From Octopus sinensis (Eukaryota): DNA of 64,000 bases. Position 1 is the stretch's first letter; every line of letters starts with the position of its first letter. The notes beneath the pieces are model-generated. The model ran no database searches. It was not told where the DNA came from and saw nothing but the letters and a program-made list of their open reading frames with translations. The stretch is taken from positions 31,868,001 through 31,932,000 of the forward strand of contig NC_043000.1 of the NCBI RefSeq assembly GCF_006345805.1, in the 5' to 3' direction. Shown piece after piece: positions 12,470 to 23,329 of this stretch. A program made the translations under genes and the position numbers.

Positions 12470-13890
12470 TGGGCTTTCACTATATTAAGTTCGATCCACT
12501 GAGGTTGTACATGCAATTAGTAAACAGATACTCCCTCTGGCGAAGATTAAACAAATCAGTTTCTCCTCTCTAACCCAAATCATTATATCAGGTTTGTTGT
12601 GCTTACATTTTATTGAGGTCTTTACTGGGACATTCCACCAGTATTCTTTTTTATTATGAGTGGCTATGGCTTCTACCATATTGTGGGTTCTTATTTCTTT
12701 GTCCTCGGGGTTGGCCTTCCGACGAATTCCATTATAGAGTATCCTAGCTACAACATCATGACTCATCAGTAGATAATACCGTGATGACATTTTCGGACAA
12801 CTGCTTATGATGTGGCTGATATCTACGGTGAACTCCACAAAGACTGCATCGATTTTCGCGTTTTACAGCTTTTCCCGCATCTCTATCCCTTTTGAGCGAC
12901 GGATGCATGAATGTGCATCCAGGCTCAGCGGTTGACAAGTCGGGGACAAGAAACAGGAAGAAAGAGTGAGAGTAAGTTGAAGCGAAAGATATTACCTGTT
13001 CCTGGATTGCAAACGCATACCCTTCAAAGTGGGAGGTAGTAATCCGGTTATTGGTCCATGATAAACTGCTTTGATAATTGATATTACTATCATCACGGAG
13101 CTTTCTACTAACATATCCATGTATAGTCTTCTGCTCGTATAGGCTCATTCTTTCATCTGACGATACGTTGCGATAGAGTCATGCGACTTCTTTGGGCGTG
13201 TATTAAAGTTTATCAGACAAGGAGTGTTGCTGAAGTAGCTACCTTCGAAGTCTTATGATGTTATCGGTCTCATGTATGCAGACTTGGTTAAGGGATGCAC
13301 TTTGACACTTGGTGGATAAAAGATCCGAAGGGATGCGACATTCAAAAGCATTTTTGAATTGATGTTAGGCCTCTACCACCTTGTTTTCCTATTAGGCGGA
13401 GGCGGTATACGTCGCTGTTTATGTGGAAATTATGTGTACTTGTTAGTATCTTCCGGATTTTCACATCAATGGCACATCGGATCTCATCAAGCGTCCAATC
13501 AAACAGCCCTGGCACTGCAAACACATTGTGGGCCACTGTTTTATTGAATGCAGAGAGTTCTGTGGTCCAAAGTTTCTTTATTTTACTGTAATATTCTTTA
13601 GGATAATTTCTCTGCATAATTTACTACTTTCGAGGTTCCGTTAGCTATGAAACGTATGGATTTTATCTGCTCCGTTCCTTAATTTTTTAATATTGACTCG
13701 CATATACAACAACCCCTGTTGCTAACCGTAAAGTATAAAATTAACTTTTTTCAGCTTATCATAATTCGATGTGGGGGAAATTCACAACCCTCTGCGCCAA
13801 TAAATCACCATTGTTTCTGAAGGTTGTTTTTTTTTTCATATTTTCTACGGATTGCTTGAAGCTCACTCACTTCCTACATCTTGATCCTTG
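12470..13890 (-). mobile_element. R4/Dong-type RLE LINE, 3' part, decayed
   Basis: FEGYAFAIQEQVI, RCSLCG (CCHC knuckle), HDVVARILY, WWNVPVKTSIKCKHNKPDIMIW (RLE PD motif) and GGRGL. Confidence 0.88.
12897..12989 (-). mobile_element. Internal fragment of SINE family C inside the Dong LINE
   Basis: Matches the SINE C body near 14.9 kb (CTCTCACTCTTTCTTCCTGTTTCTTGTCCCCGACTT...GCTGAGCCTGGATG); no head or tail. Confidence 0.85.
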
Positions 13891-13966
13891 GACCTTACCT
13901 TTACATATCTATCCATCAATCTATATATACATGCACACACACAGACACACACACACACACACACAC

Positions 13967-13997
<31 letters not shown>

Positions 13998-14012
13998 CAA
14001 CCTAAAATATTT

Positions 14013-14067
<55 letters not shown>

Positions 14068-14302
14068 GCAAGTTAGGAGAATTTAAGATACAACTAACTA
14101 CTTCTTTCAATAATCATGTGGTTCTTACTGCCTAGAAATTATGCACTACTATTATTGATAATCTTCACACAGATTCAAATAATATTATCAACTCTGAAAC
14201 CTATCAAAAAGACAGTTGACCATAATGTATGTAGAATCAATAAAAAAAAATATTCTATATTCTTTTGTAGAATCAATAAAAAAATATTCTACTTACCACA
14301 GA

Positions 14303-14710
14303 GCAGGAGTGGCTGTGTGGTAAGTAGCCTGCTAATCAGCCACATGGTTCCGGGTTCAGTCCCACTGCGTAGCATCTTGGGCAAGTGTCTTCTGCTATAG
14401 CCCCGGGCCGACCAATGCCTTGTGAGTGGATTTGGTAGACGGAAACTGAAAGAAGCCTGTCATATATATGTATATATATATAAGTGTGTGTGTATATGTT
14501 TGTGTGTCTGTGTTTGTCCTCCTAGCATTGCTTGACAACCGATGCTAGTGTGTTTATGTCCCCGTCACTTAGCGGTTCGGCAAAAGAAACCGATAGAATA
14601 AGTACTGGGCTTACAAAGAATAAGTCCCGGGTCGATTTGCTCGACTAAAGGCGGTGCTCCAGCATGGCGGCAGTCAAATGACTGAAACAAGTAAAAGAGA
14701 GTAAAAGAGA
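14303..14710 (+). mobile_element. SINE family A (tRNA head, CORE-like CTTGGGCAAGTG, internal (TA/TG)n), full length
   Basis: Near-identical to the copies at 15947, 27465, 38955 and 54630; ends AAGTAAAAGAG repeats. Confidence 0.92.
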
Positions 14711-14763
14711 TTATAAATAACCGCTTTCAAACTAGCCAAGAACATCTGCCAACTTTATCAAGC

Positions 14764-15130
14764 ACAGCTGCTGCTGCTGCTGCTGTTGAGCGAACGGCCT
14801 TCGTCCCAGAGCTCGCAAGATGGGAGAAGTCCGAAACGTGGTCCTTTGCTATTCGTAAAATCCGACACCGAGAGCATCGACGGATGGATGAATGCGCATC
14901 CAGGCTCAGCGGTTGCGTAGGAAGTCGGGGACAAGAAACAGGAAGAAAGAGTGAGAGAAAGTTGGAGCGAAAGAGTACAACAGGGGTCGACCCCCCCCCC
15001 CCTGCCGGAGACTCGTGGAGTTTTAGGTGTTTTCGCACAATAAACACACACACAACGCCTGGTCTGGGAATCGAAACCGCGATCCTCCGACCGCGAGTCC
15101 ACTGCCCTAACCATTGGGCCACTGCGCCCC
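14764..15130 (-). mobile_element. SINE family C, full length, (GCA)n tail
   Basis: tRNA head GGCGCAGTGGCCCAATGGTTAG...GGTTTCGATTCCC; matches the 35.3-35.7 kb copy. Confidence 0.9.
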
Positions 15131-15287
15131 CACTTGCTGCTGCTGAATTTTACCCAAACAATCAGTTGAGAAAAAGAGCTCATCGATGAATGTTATGGTT
15201 TACTATTACTATTACTATTACCAAACCTAATTCAAACTAATAGCGGACGAAAATTCCTCTTCGAACAATGTCATACTTATATATGGT

Positions 15288-15375
15288 GTGAAGAGATCGT
15301 ACTAATAATGCATAAATCGCTGCATATAAATATGCAACAATGTGCAGTTAGAGTGATCGAAACACGTGTCAGAAT
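15288..15375 (+). ncRNA. Degenerate long-stem-II hammerhead
   Basis: GTGAAGA-GATC...GATC-GAAAC-ACGT-GTC; palindromic ACACGTGT; stem I is lost and C3 is mutated. Confidence 0.45.
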
Positions 15376-15399
15376 AAACTAACTGGAAATCAGCACATA

Positions 15400-15913
15400 A
15401 AGTTTGAATGTTCAAATTCTCCATGAAAAATACAACGAAATACTTAAGCAAGGTCTACTTCCGATGTATTCACGTGATAACATAACGAAAAATGAGTTTT
15501 AATTCATGGAAGATGGGGCTCCATGCCACACAGAGAAAAAGAGTCAGCAATAGCTGACTAAAGATGGGATCAAAAAGCTTCCTTGGCGGAGCCAATCTCC
15601 TGACATGAACCCAGTTGAAAATCTTTGGAGCATACTAGATAGAGCTATACGAAAAACTCGACAGAAACCTGAATCTAAAGATGAATTGTTTCGATTGTTG
15701 CATGAAAAGTGGGCAGAAATTCCACAAGAGACAACCCTAAAGCGCATCAGTTCAATGCCAAAAAGAGTTTCTGAATTAAAAACTGCAAAAGGAATGTCAA
15801 CTAAATACTAAAGTATGTAGTCCTACCTATCGATTACATTTCAATTGTTAGCTTTGCGTATTAAATAAAAGATTTTGAAAATTAAAGGTGTCTATTTACT
15901 TCCTGCATGTCTG
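15400..15913 (+). mobile_element. Tc1-family transposon 3' end (transposase C-terminus and right TIR)
   Basis: FMEDGAPCH...W...SPDMNPVENLW...SMPKRV...AKGMSTKY; ends ...TGTCTG|TA. Confidence 0.9.
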
Positions 15914-15946
15914 TATATATACATACATACATATATATATATATAT

Positions 15947-16330
15947 AGGCACAGGAGTGGCTGTGTGGTAAGTAGCTTGCTAACCAACCACATGGTTCCG
16001 GGTTCAGTCCCACTGCATGGCACCTTGGGCAAGTGTCTTCTTGTGAGTGGATTTGGTAGACGGAAACTGAAAGAAGCCCGTCGTATATATGTATATGTGC
16101 GTGTGCGTGTGTGTATATGTTTGTGTGTCTGTGTTTGTCCTCCTAGCATTGCTTGACAACCGATGCTAGTGTGTTTATGTCCCCGTCACTTAGCGGTTCG
16201 GCAAAAAAGACCGATAGAATAAGTACTGGGCTTACAAAGAATAAGTCCCGGGGTCGATTTGCTCGATTAAAGGCGGTGCTCCAGCATGGCCGCAGTCAAA
16301 TGACTGAAACAAGTAAAAAAGAGTAAAAAA
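15947..16330 (+). mobile_element. SINE family A, internal deletion
   Basis: Head GGCACAGGAGTGGCTGTGTGG through tail GACTGAAACAAGTAAAA. Confidence 0.9.
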
Positions 16331-17009
16331 CTATCATCTTCACGTTGTTTTCTCGTGATATCTCTTTACCAACACCCATTTTTGCAAACAGAATAGACAA
16401 TGTACTCAATGTACATGCATATATGTATGTATGAACATATATATATATATATTATATATATGTTCATAAATACATATTTTCGTTTGACTTCAAATTAGTG
16501 TGTGAGTGTGTGTATATATATAAATATACATACATACATGTATGTATATATGTATGTGTGTATCTATGTATGTATGCATGTACGTATGCGTTTATTTCTG
16601 GAGTTATGATTCCAAGTAGGGAACTATTCTTAAAATATATCTAAAGTATTTGTTTTTCAAAAGATAAGCACCTGCAAACCATTCTATTTCAAGCAATATT
16701 TTAGTTCTCAATTATAATGCCAATTCCGACTCCATTCATCGCCCCATATGAACACAACTCTTACACACACAACACAACACACACACACACACACACAAAC
16801 ACACAACACACACATTCACTCATTCACACACACCCTCACACTCATAAACACACCTAAACACACATATATGCACACACGCACACATTCTGTGCCAACTTAT
16901 AAATAAACTCAGATTTTCTTAATTCTTACACTCCAATAATTCCCTGCTGAAACTAAGATGATCAACCACTGTGCGAAATTGTACTTTCGACTATTTCAGT
17001 ATCTCATAT

Positions 17010-17108
17010 ATCATCATCATTATCATCATCAACATCATCGTCATCATCATCGTCATCATCATCGTCATCATCATCGTCATTATCATTTTCATCATCATCA
17101 TCATCATA

Positions 17109-17139
<31 letters not shown>

Positions 17140-17406
17140 TTATCATCTTCATCATCATCATCATCATCGCCATCATCATCATCATCATCATCGTCATCAT
17201 CATCATCACCATCATCATCATCATCGTCATCATCATCATCATAATCATCATCATCATCATTATTGCCATCGTCATCATCATCATTATCTTCATCATCATC
17301 ATCATCGTCATTATCATTGTCGTCATCATCATCATCATCATCATCATGGTCATTATCATTATCTTCATCATCATCATCATCATCATCGTCATCATCGTCA
17401 TCAACG

Positions 17407-17438
<32 letters not shown>

Positions 17439-17610
17439 GTCATCATCATCATCATAATCGTCATCATCAGCGTCATCGTCATTGTCATCATCATCATCAT
17501 AGTCATCGTCATCATCATCATCCTCATCATCATCATCCTCATCCTCATCGTCATCATCCTCATCATCATCGTCATCGTCATCATCATCGTCATCATCATC
17601 ATCATCATCG
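17010..17610. repeat. ~600-bp interrupted (CAT/CGT)n microsatellite
   Basis: Direct reading; it produces the poly-His/Ile/Asp/Met ORFs in the track. Confidence 0.97.
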
Positions 17611-17814
17611 TTTTTAACGCTTTTCTTCTGGCATGTCTTGGACGATTTGACAGGATCCGACGAGTCAGCTGTATACTTGGCATTACTTTTATATGATGTC
17701 CTTCTTAAAGCCCGCCTCTTTACTGCCATACTGGGTGGGGGTCTTTTTCGTACCACCAGTCCCAATGGCGACGCCATGCAGCAAATTGCAAAACTGCAAT
17801 ATATACATACATAT

Positions 17815-17975
17815 ATATCTTTCTGTTTATGTTTATTTCCTCGTGTTCCTTTCTGTTGAAGAGTGTAGACTCGAAACGTTAAAGACTTCCTCACCTTCCC
17901 GAGCATCAAACTAATACACCTGCTTATTGCTTATACACCTGTTTTCGTCTTTTATTTTTCTGTAAATTTCAACTA
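17815..17975 (+). mobile_element. Short HHR-like dispersed repeat Y, copy 1
   Basis: CTTT-CTGTTGA-A-GAG(TGTAGA)CTC-GAAAC-GTT-AAAG at 17849-17884; homologous to 23110-23290 (-) and 55165-55300 (+). Confidence 0.65.
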
Positions 17976-18001
17976 TATATGCATATATATATAATATATA
18001 A

Positions 18002-18069
<68 letters not shown>

Positions 18070-18090
18070 TATATATTTATTTATAAAATA

Positions 18091-18255
18091 CGGTGTACAT
18101 TTAAACACATGAGGATTCAACACGCTAGAAAGAATAGCTAGGTTCCATACCCACAAAATTTGGGATAAAATTCGACAGGAACGAAATGAAAAAATAAAAA
18201 CATTTTACCGTTTGAATCCCACAAGTGGATTCCTCATGTGTTTAAATATACACTG
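18091..18255. mobile_element. Tc1/mariner-type MITE, 165 bp
   Basis: ~26-bp TIRs C(G/A)GTGTA(C/T)ATTTAAACACATGAGGA; TA on both flanks. Confidence 0.85.
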
Positions 18256-18370
18256 TATTTTATGACTAATACATAGTCTTTGGACTAAATTTTTACACGT
18301 TAGGCCACTGGAAATGGAAATTTTAATTAATTTCCATTTCCCTTTGATATGATTAAGTATATATATATAT

Positions 18371-18582
18371 AGTTAATCGAAACATGAAAACACAAAGAGA
18401 AAACACAACAACGCGAGGACGTGGAACAAGTATAGTGTTATTGGACGCTCAGGAAAGGAAAGAAAGAAGGAGGATTTAACGTTTCGAGCGGAGCTCTTCG
18501 TCAGAAATATAGGAAAAGGAAAGATCCAAGGAAGGGAAGACGGAGGAAAAAAATCGCCAACGATACACACGCGGTCACATTT
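18371..18582 (-). mobile_element. Short HHR-bearing dispersed repeat X, copy 2
   Basis: ATTT-CTGACGA-A-GAG(CTCCG)CTC-GAAAC-GTT-AAAT on the minus strand at 18474-18508. Confidence 0.78.
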
Positions 18583-18603
18583 TTATATATTTTATATATT
18601 TAA

Positions 18604-18657
<54 letters not shown>

Positions 18658-18675
18658 ATGCATGTATGTATATAA

Positions 18676-18744
<69 letters not shown>

Positions 18745-18794
18745 GATAATAATCGATTAAGTAAAGATGAGATGGAATTAGTATAACTCTAATT

Positions 18795-18900
18795 TGTACG
18801 ACGATCGTTTCGACCCATCCTGAAACTGTCCTCTGTGGGTGGGATGCTGTGCATCGTACTATGTTGCTTCAATCTTGCACTCTGGGTCACATCAGGTACA
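18795..18900 (-). ncRNA. Type I hammerhead with 77-nt stem II domain (core A9 to U)
   Basis: TGTAC-CTGATGT-GACCCA...TGGGTC-GAAAC-GATC-GTC-GTACA; perfect 5-bp stem I and 6-bp basal stem II. Confidence 0.7.
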
Positions 18901-19212
18901 TTCATACATAAACTGGTGTCTCACTGAAGATCTTAATTCTTGAGCAGTCATGTTATTTGCCCACTTCATTTAGGGAATGAGATATTGCTACGATTGTCTT
19001 TATTGTTATATATCAATAAGCGATAGTACCCTTCCCTCACTTTAAACTTAATGTAATTTTCTTCTACCAGTCTCATACTAACAATATTACTTTCCCCTGA
19101 TAAAAAGGACTTTTTCATTTTTTCTTATTTTTCTTTTTGTCTTGTCTACAGTTTATATATTTTATTTTTATATATAAAATTTTATATATAAAATATATTT
19201 TTGTTTATAAAA

Positions 19213-19281
19213 CAACACTAATGTTAACACTACTGTAACACTAAAGTAACACTAAAGTAACACTAAAGTAACACTAATGTT
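19213..19281. repeat. 11-12 bp tandem repeat (AACACTAAAGT), about 6 units
   Basis: Direct reading. Confidence 0.85.
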
Positions 19282-19284
19282 GAC

Positions 19285-20040
19285 TTTTGCATTGATGGGA
19301 TATTACAAAGCCCTTGATGTTCAGCAAGAATACTGGTGCGACGTATAGAGTGTCGGTATTGGCCACTGATTTGACATACGTAGAGGTGTCAGAGGTGGCC
19401 ACCCTCGATCTTTAGTTGTTTGAGGTGTTCTTGAGTGTTGTACGCGTTTCTCAAATTCAATACATGGTGGAGCTAGCTCAACTGCCTTACAACCCTCTGC
19501 ACCATCTCCAACTGTTGTTCAGCAGCTGCTGTCCTCACCACGTCTACATATTTTTTTCTCTCAGGAGCAGTGCGTGCACCATTCACATATTTCCAAGGTG
19601 GAAGCATTGTGTTTTGTGAACCTAGGCTTTCATTTTTCTTGTGGAGCTGTTTGTCTCCTCAGGTACAGTTCTCTCTGGTTTTAAGGCAAGCAAATGAACA
19701 CCGCTCGCATAGGATGAGCAAATCTACAGCCTGTCCCAATATCTTCATGCCAGCAGGTGCCCTTTGCATAGAACTTGCAGGTTGTACTTTTTTGTAATTC
19801 CAGAGCCATTGTCTTTGCACGTTCTACTTCTTTTTGATTTTGTTTTTCCGCTCATCCTACAGCCACCCGAAGTTTGCTCACTTCTTCGTGCCTTCATCTT
19901 CCTCTGTAGCTTGTTTTTTCCTGGCGGACTTTTGATTTGCTGCTGTTGTTCTCTTTGGGATCCCGCTTGTTTAGGGTAGTGATGTCTGTTTTGTTGTGTT
20001 CCTCTCTCACTGTACCATCCCAACAATTCATGGATTCCAT
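19285..20040 (-). mobile_element. CR1/L2-like LINE 5' part: ORF1 with CCCH finger and start of the APE domain
   Basis: Minus-strand CKFYAKGTCWHEDIGTGCRFAHP at 19711-19779; LLNIKG at 19310-19327. Confidence 0.6.
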
Positions 20041-20052
20041 TGAGTCACTGGC

Positions 20053-20136
<84 letters not shown>

Positions 20137-20290
20137 TATGTTTGACTTTTGCTTTATGTCTGTACAAGTTGGCTCCAAGTCTCACCCAGAGACCTCAAGA
20201 GACAACAGGTTGGAAGTTCACATTGTTGTTTTGCCTAGTGTGCCATATATTTGGGGGTTTTTTTTGGTGTTGTACTAGTGAATGTCTAAT
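20137..20290 (-). mobile_element. R4/Dong-type LINE 3' terminus between (TAA)n tracts
   Basis: 3' UTR-like GAGGTCTCTGGGTGAGACTTGGAGCCAACTTGTAC followed by (AAT)n; a TAA array lies on each side. Confidence 0.55.
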
Positions 20291-20309
20291 ACATAAATTT
20301 TTTTTTAAA

Positions 20310-20379
<70 letters not shown>

Positions 20380-20385
<6 letters not shown>

Positions 20386-20685
20386 GCCTTGTGCTTTTTT
20401 CCCCTGTTTGAGGATATTAACAAGTAGTTCCATATGTGGTTCAATCAGGGAATTGGAACGAATGAATTCGTTCCTTTTCCTTTCGATTTCAGCCATGGCT
20501 TCGCGAAAATCAAAACTCTTCAGAGTCTCTGCAATAAGAGTGTTTAGCACTGATCCTTCGGTCATATTCCATGCAACGAGCATTGTTTTAATTTCTTCAT
20601 ACTCAGCTGGTTTCTGTGTATTTTAAAGTTGATACTGCTTCTAGTGTAGTCGGCTTTGCTGAGGTCCAATGCTGTCAAACTCATT
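20380..20685 (-). pseudogene. Protein-like exon remnant, possibly death-domain-like, with two in-frame stops
   Basis: After a pyrimidine-rich tract and TTAG acceptor: NEFDSIGPQQSRLH*KQYQL*NTQKPAEYEEIKTMLVAWNMTEGSVLNTLIAETLKSFDFREAMAEIERKRNEF... Confidence 0.35.
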
Positions 20686-20993
20686 CTAACACATGGTACG
20701 TGGTGACAAAACGAAAATTAAAATTATCAGCAAGAAAAAAAAGAGGAATAATAACAAACTTTGCTTTTCTAACCTTGACTGGTCAGATTCGAACAAAATA
20801 AAATAAAATTCCCCACTCCTGAAAGTATCACTTACCTGGTTTACGTAGGTGATTTACGATCGAAAAGGTAAATAAACCTCGGACTTCTGATCGATAAACG
20901 GATACAAAACCTCAAATTCCAAAAATTCTTGAATTTAATGTGAAACGATCTATAATGTTACATTGACTCACACAGATACACAGACACATACAT

Positions 20994-21037
<44 letters not shown>

Positions 21038-21194
21038 AAAGTTGGTTTGTGAAAGCACGTGGTTGAATATATAGAAAATAGTAAAAAGTGAAAAGAACTA
21101 CAGAAGGCTTAAAGGTTAAAAATAATATATATATTTGCGTCAATAGGTCTGAAGAATATTAAAAAAAAATTTTTTCTTACAATGACATAGTTTA

Positions 21195-22422
21195 GAAAAA
21201 AGGCCGGTTTCGCGTTTAGCTTTTCAAATTTCTTGCGACGTTATGTTTATCTTGAACAGAGTTATCTTTATGTTTATGTTTAAAAGAGTTCTAAATAAGG
21301 GGAGGTAATGAGTGGTTTCTTCCGGTATAAGGGAGATAATCGCTTAAAATTTTTTTTAAATGTTTTCCTTTCCCTTGGTGTGAATTTCTCTGTATCAGTA
21401 TGTTGGCATGGTTAAGTCTGGGCTTGTACTTTTCAATGAAGAATGTTTCCTTGTTTAGTCTAATTTGTATTGATGATCCGATAGCACATTGGTAAAATGG
21501 AAAGATTAAAAATTGTGGTAGTAGTTGCTTTGCGCATTTCTCAATGTGCTCACTAAAAGGTATCATTCTGTATTCTGGGAATGCAATCTGTTGTCGATGC
21601 AGTGTGCATCTACGTCTGAGTGATAGTCCCGTGGATCCCACGTAGTCTTGGTGGCAGCCCGAGCATTTTATGACATAAATTATGTTTTCAGAGGCACAAG
21701 TAAAGTTAGATTTGATCTTGAATTTCTGTCCCTCTTTAAAGAGGAATTCTGATCCTTCTAGCAGGTTTGGACGTGTTGCACAGTTCGATCTACAACATTT
21801 TTTTACTTTTGCATCCGTAATTTCAGAAAACAATTTTGCCTTTGTGAGAATCTTTTTAAGTGATTTAGGTTGTTTGTAGCTTTTAATGATTTGGTGTATG
21901 TTTAGAATTTCCTTTAATTGGGGTCCTTATGAAGTATTGGTAAATTCTGGGTGATGATGGTGAAGGCCTCTTTGTTTCTGGGGGTATGTAGATATGTAAG
22001 GTAGTATTTTCGGGGAAGGTGTGTTGTTGTGTTGAACTTTTCTTAAAGTTTCTATGTTGATTTCTGTTGCACGTCTGATCCCATCCTCTATGAGTTGAGC
22101 TGGGTAATGTCTGTCAATTAGGGTGTTTTTGAGTTCTTGCAGTCTAAAGTTCCTGGATTTGTTCTGACACTATTGTGCATATCCTTCTTGCAAGGTTGAA
22201 GGGGATGTTTGTTTTAGTGTGTCTTGGGTGGCATGATTAAAAAGAAGGTATTGTTTGGCGTCTGTGGCTTTGTAAAAAATGTCTGTTTCTATTTTAAGGT
22301 TAATTTTTTTAATTAGTATATCCAAGAACGGGAGTTCCTTTTGGTTGTATTCCATTGTGAACTGTATATTGGGTTTATGCTGTTCAATAGGTTTTTAAAT
22401 TTTAGGAGTTTATCTGTGTTTT

Positions 22423-22425
<3 letters not shown>
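21195..22425 (-). mobile_element. Penelope-like element: RT C-terminus, linker and GIY-YIG
   Basis: KELPFLDILI...ETDIFYKATDAKQYL; FTCASENIIYVIKCSGCHQDYVGSTG...RLNKETFFIEKYKPRLN; decayed HHR TTGAAAA-GC(TAAAC)GC-GAAACCGG at about 21200-21230. Confidence 0.93.
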
Positions 22426-22482
<57 letters not shown>

Positions 22483-22490
22483 ATATATAT

Positions 22491-23088
22491 AATAAATCTC
22501 GAGCGAGTTATAAACAGTAGCTGCTCGACATCGTTAAGTATATTTGCCACCTAAATGTGGATAACTCTTAAGGGTCGATGCTAGTGTAGCTTGCAACCAC
22601 AGGAAGACATCTTCTCCAGCTGGCTATTGGCACTTTCTATGCCCTATCAGTATTTGCAAAGGGAAGTCATCTTTCTCCTCTCCAGCATGACGTGAAACAC
22701 ACGGATCCGAGTTTCTGACTATTGGGAAGTGGTTCTCAATGCAAATTTATATACTTTTTCCGGTGACGAAAAGTCACTGATTTCGAAATCGCTCGGAGAT
22801 TTATTATTGCTTGTTCCCAAAAAGTACATATGTATATTTTCATTGAGAACCACTTCCTATCCCCAACCAGGGGTTGTCATACGCTGATCACAGGTCATTA
22901 CTCAGAAACCCGGTTCCGTGTGTATCACGTCAGGCTCGGGATGGGAAAGAGGACTTCAATTTGTAAATACTGATAGGGCACAGAAAGTGTGTCAATAGCC
23001 AGCTGGAGGAGATGTCTTCCTGGGGCTACAAGCTACAGTAGCACCAACCATTAAGGGTTAGCCACATTTAGGTGGCAAATATACTTCA

Positions 23089-23092
<4 letters not shown>
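22491..23092. mobile_element. HHR-unit repeat, older inverted arrangement (same family as 29.9 kb)
   Basis: Imperfect inverted arms; shares terminus AATAAATCTC..GAGCGAGTTATAAACAGTAGC and body CCAGGAAGA(C/T)ATCTCCTCCAGCTGGC with the 29.9 kb locus; HHR cores decayed. Confidence 0.85.
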
Positions 23093-23109
<17 letters not shown>

Positions 23110-23122
<13 letters not shown>

Positions 23123-23290
23123 AGAGTTTACGAAAAAAACAAAAGACGAAGACAGGTGGTGTACAAAACAAGCAGATGTATTAGTATAACGCTCAGGAAT
23201 AGAAAAAGTCTTTTACGTTTTGAGCCCATGCTCTTCTACAGAAAGGGACACAGAAAAAACAAGGAGAGAAAAATGTGTATAGTGGCTAAT
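23110..23290 (-). mobile_element. Short HHR-like repeat Y, copy 2
   Basis: Minus strand CTTT-CTGTAGA-A-GAG(CATGGG)CTC-AAAAC-GTA-AAAG. Confidence 0.6.
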
Positions 23291-23329
23291 ATATATATGT
23301 ATAAGCAAAATTTTAATCTCTCCAATCAA

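Noticed and set aside
14825-14870. GTCC-GAAAC-GTG-GTC in the SINE C tail as a permuted (type II) hammerhead
   Set aside because: No CTGANGA followed by a complementary stem II strand in any of three copies, and it is antisense to the SINE
16958-17909. Long ORFs (poly-His, -Ile, -Met, -Asp; 219-301 aa) and similar ORFs over (TA)n, (CA)n, (TAA)n and (GAT)n
   Set aside because: They are open only because trinucleotide and dinucleotide repeats lack stops; they have no non-repetitive coding context
20890-20960. GAAACGATCTA half-motif
   Set aside because: No matching core or stem I; at most a remnant
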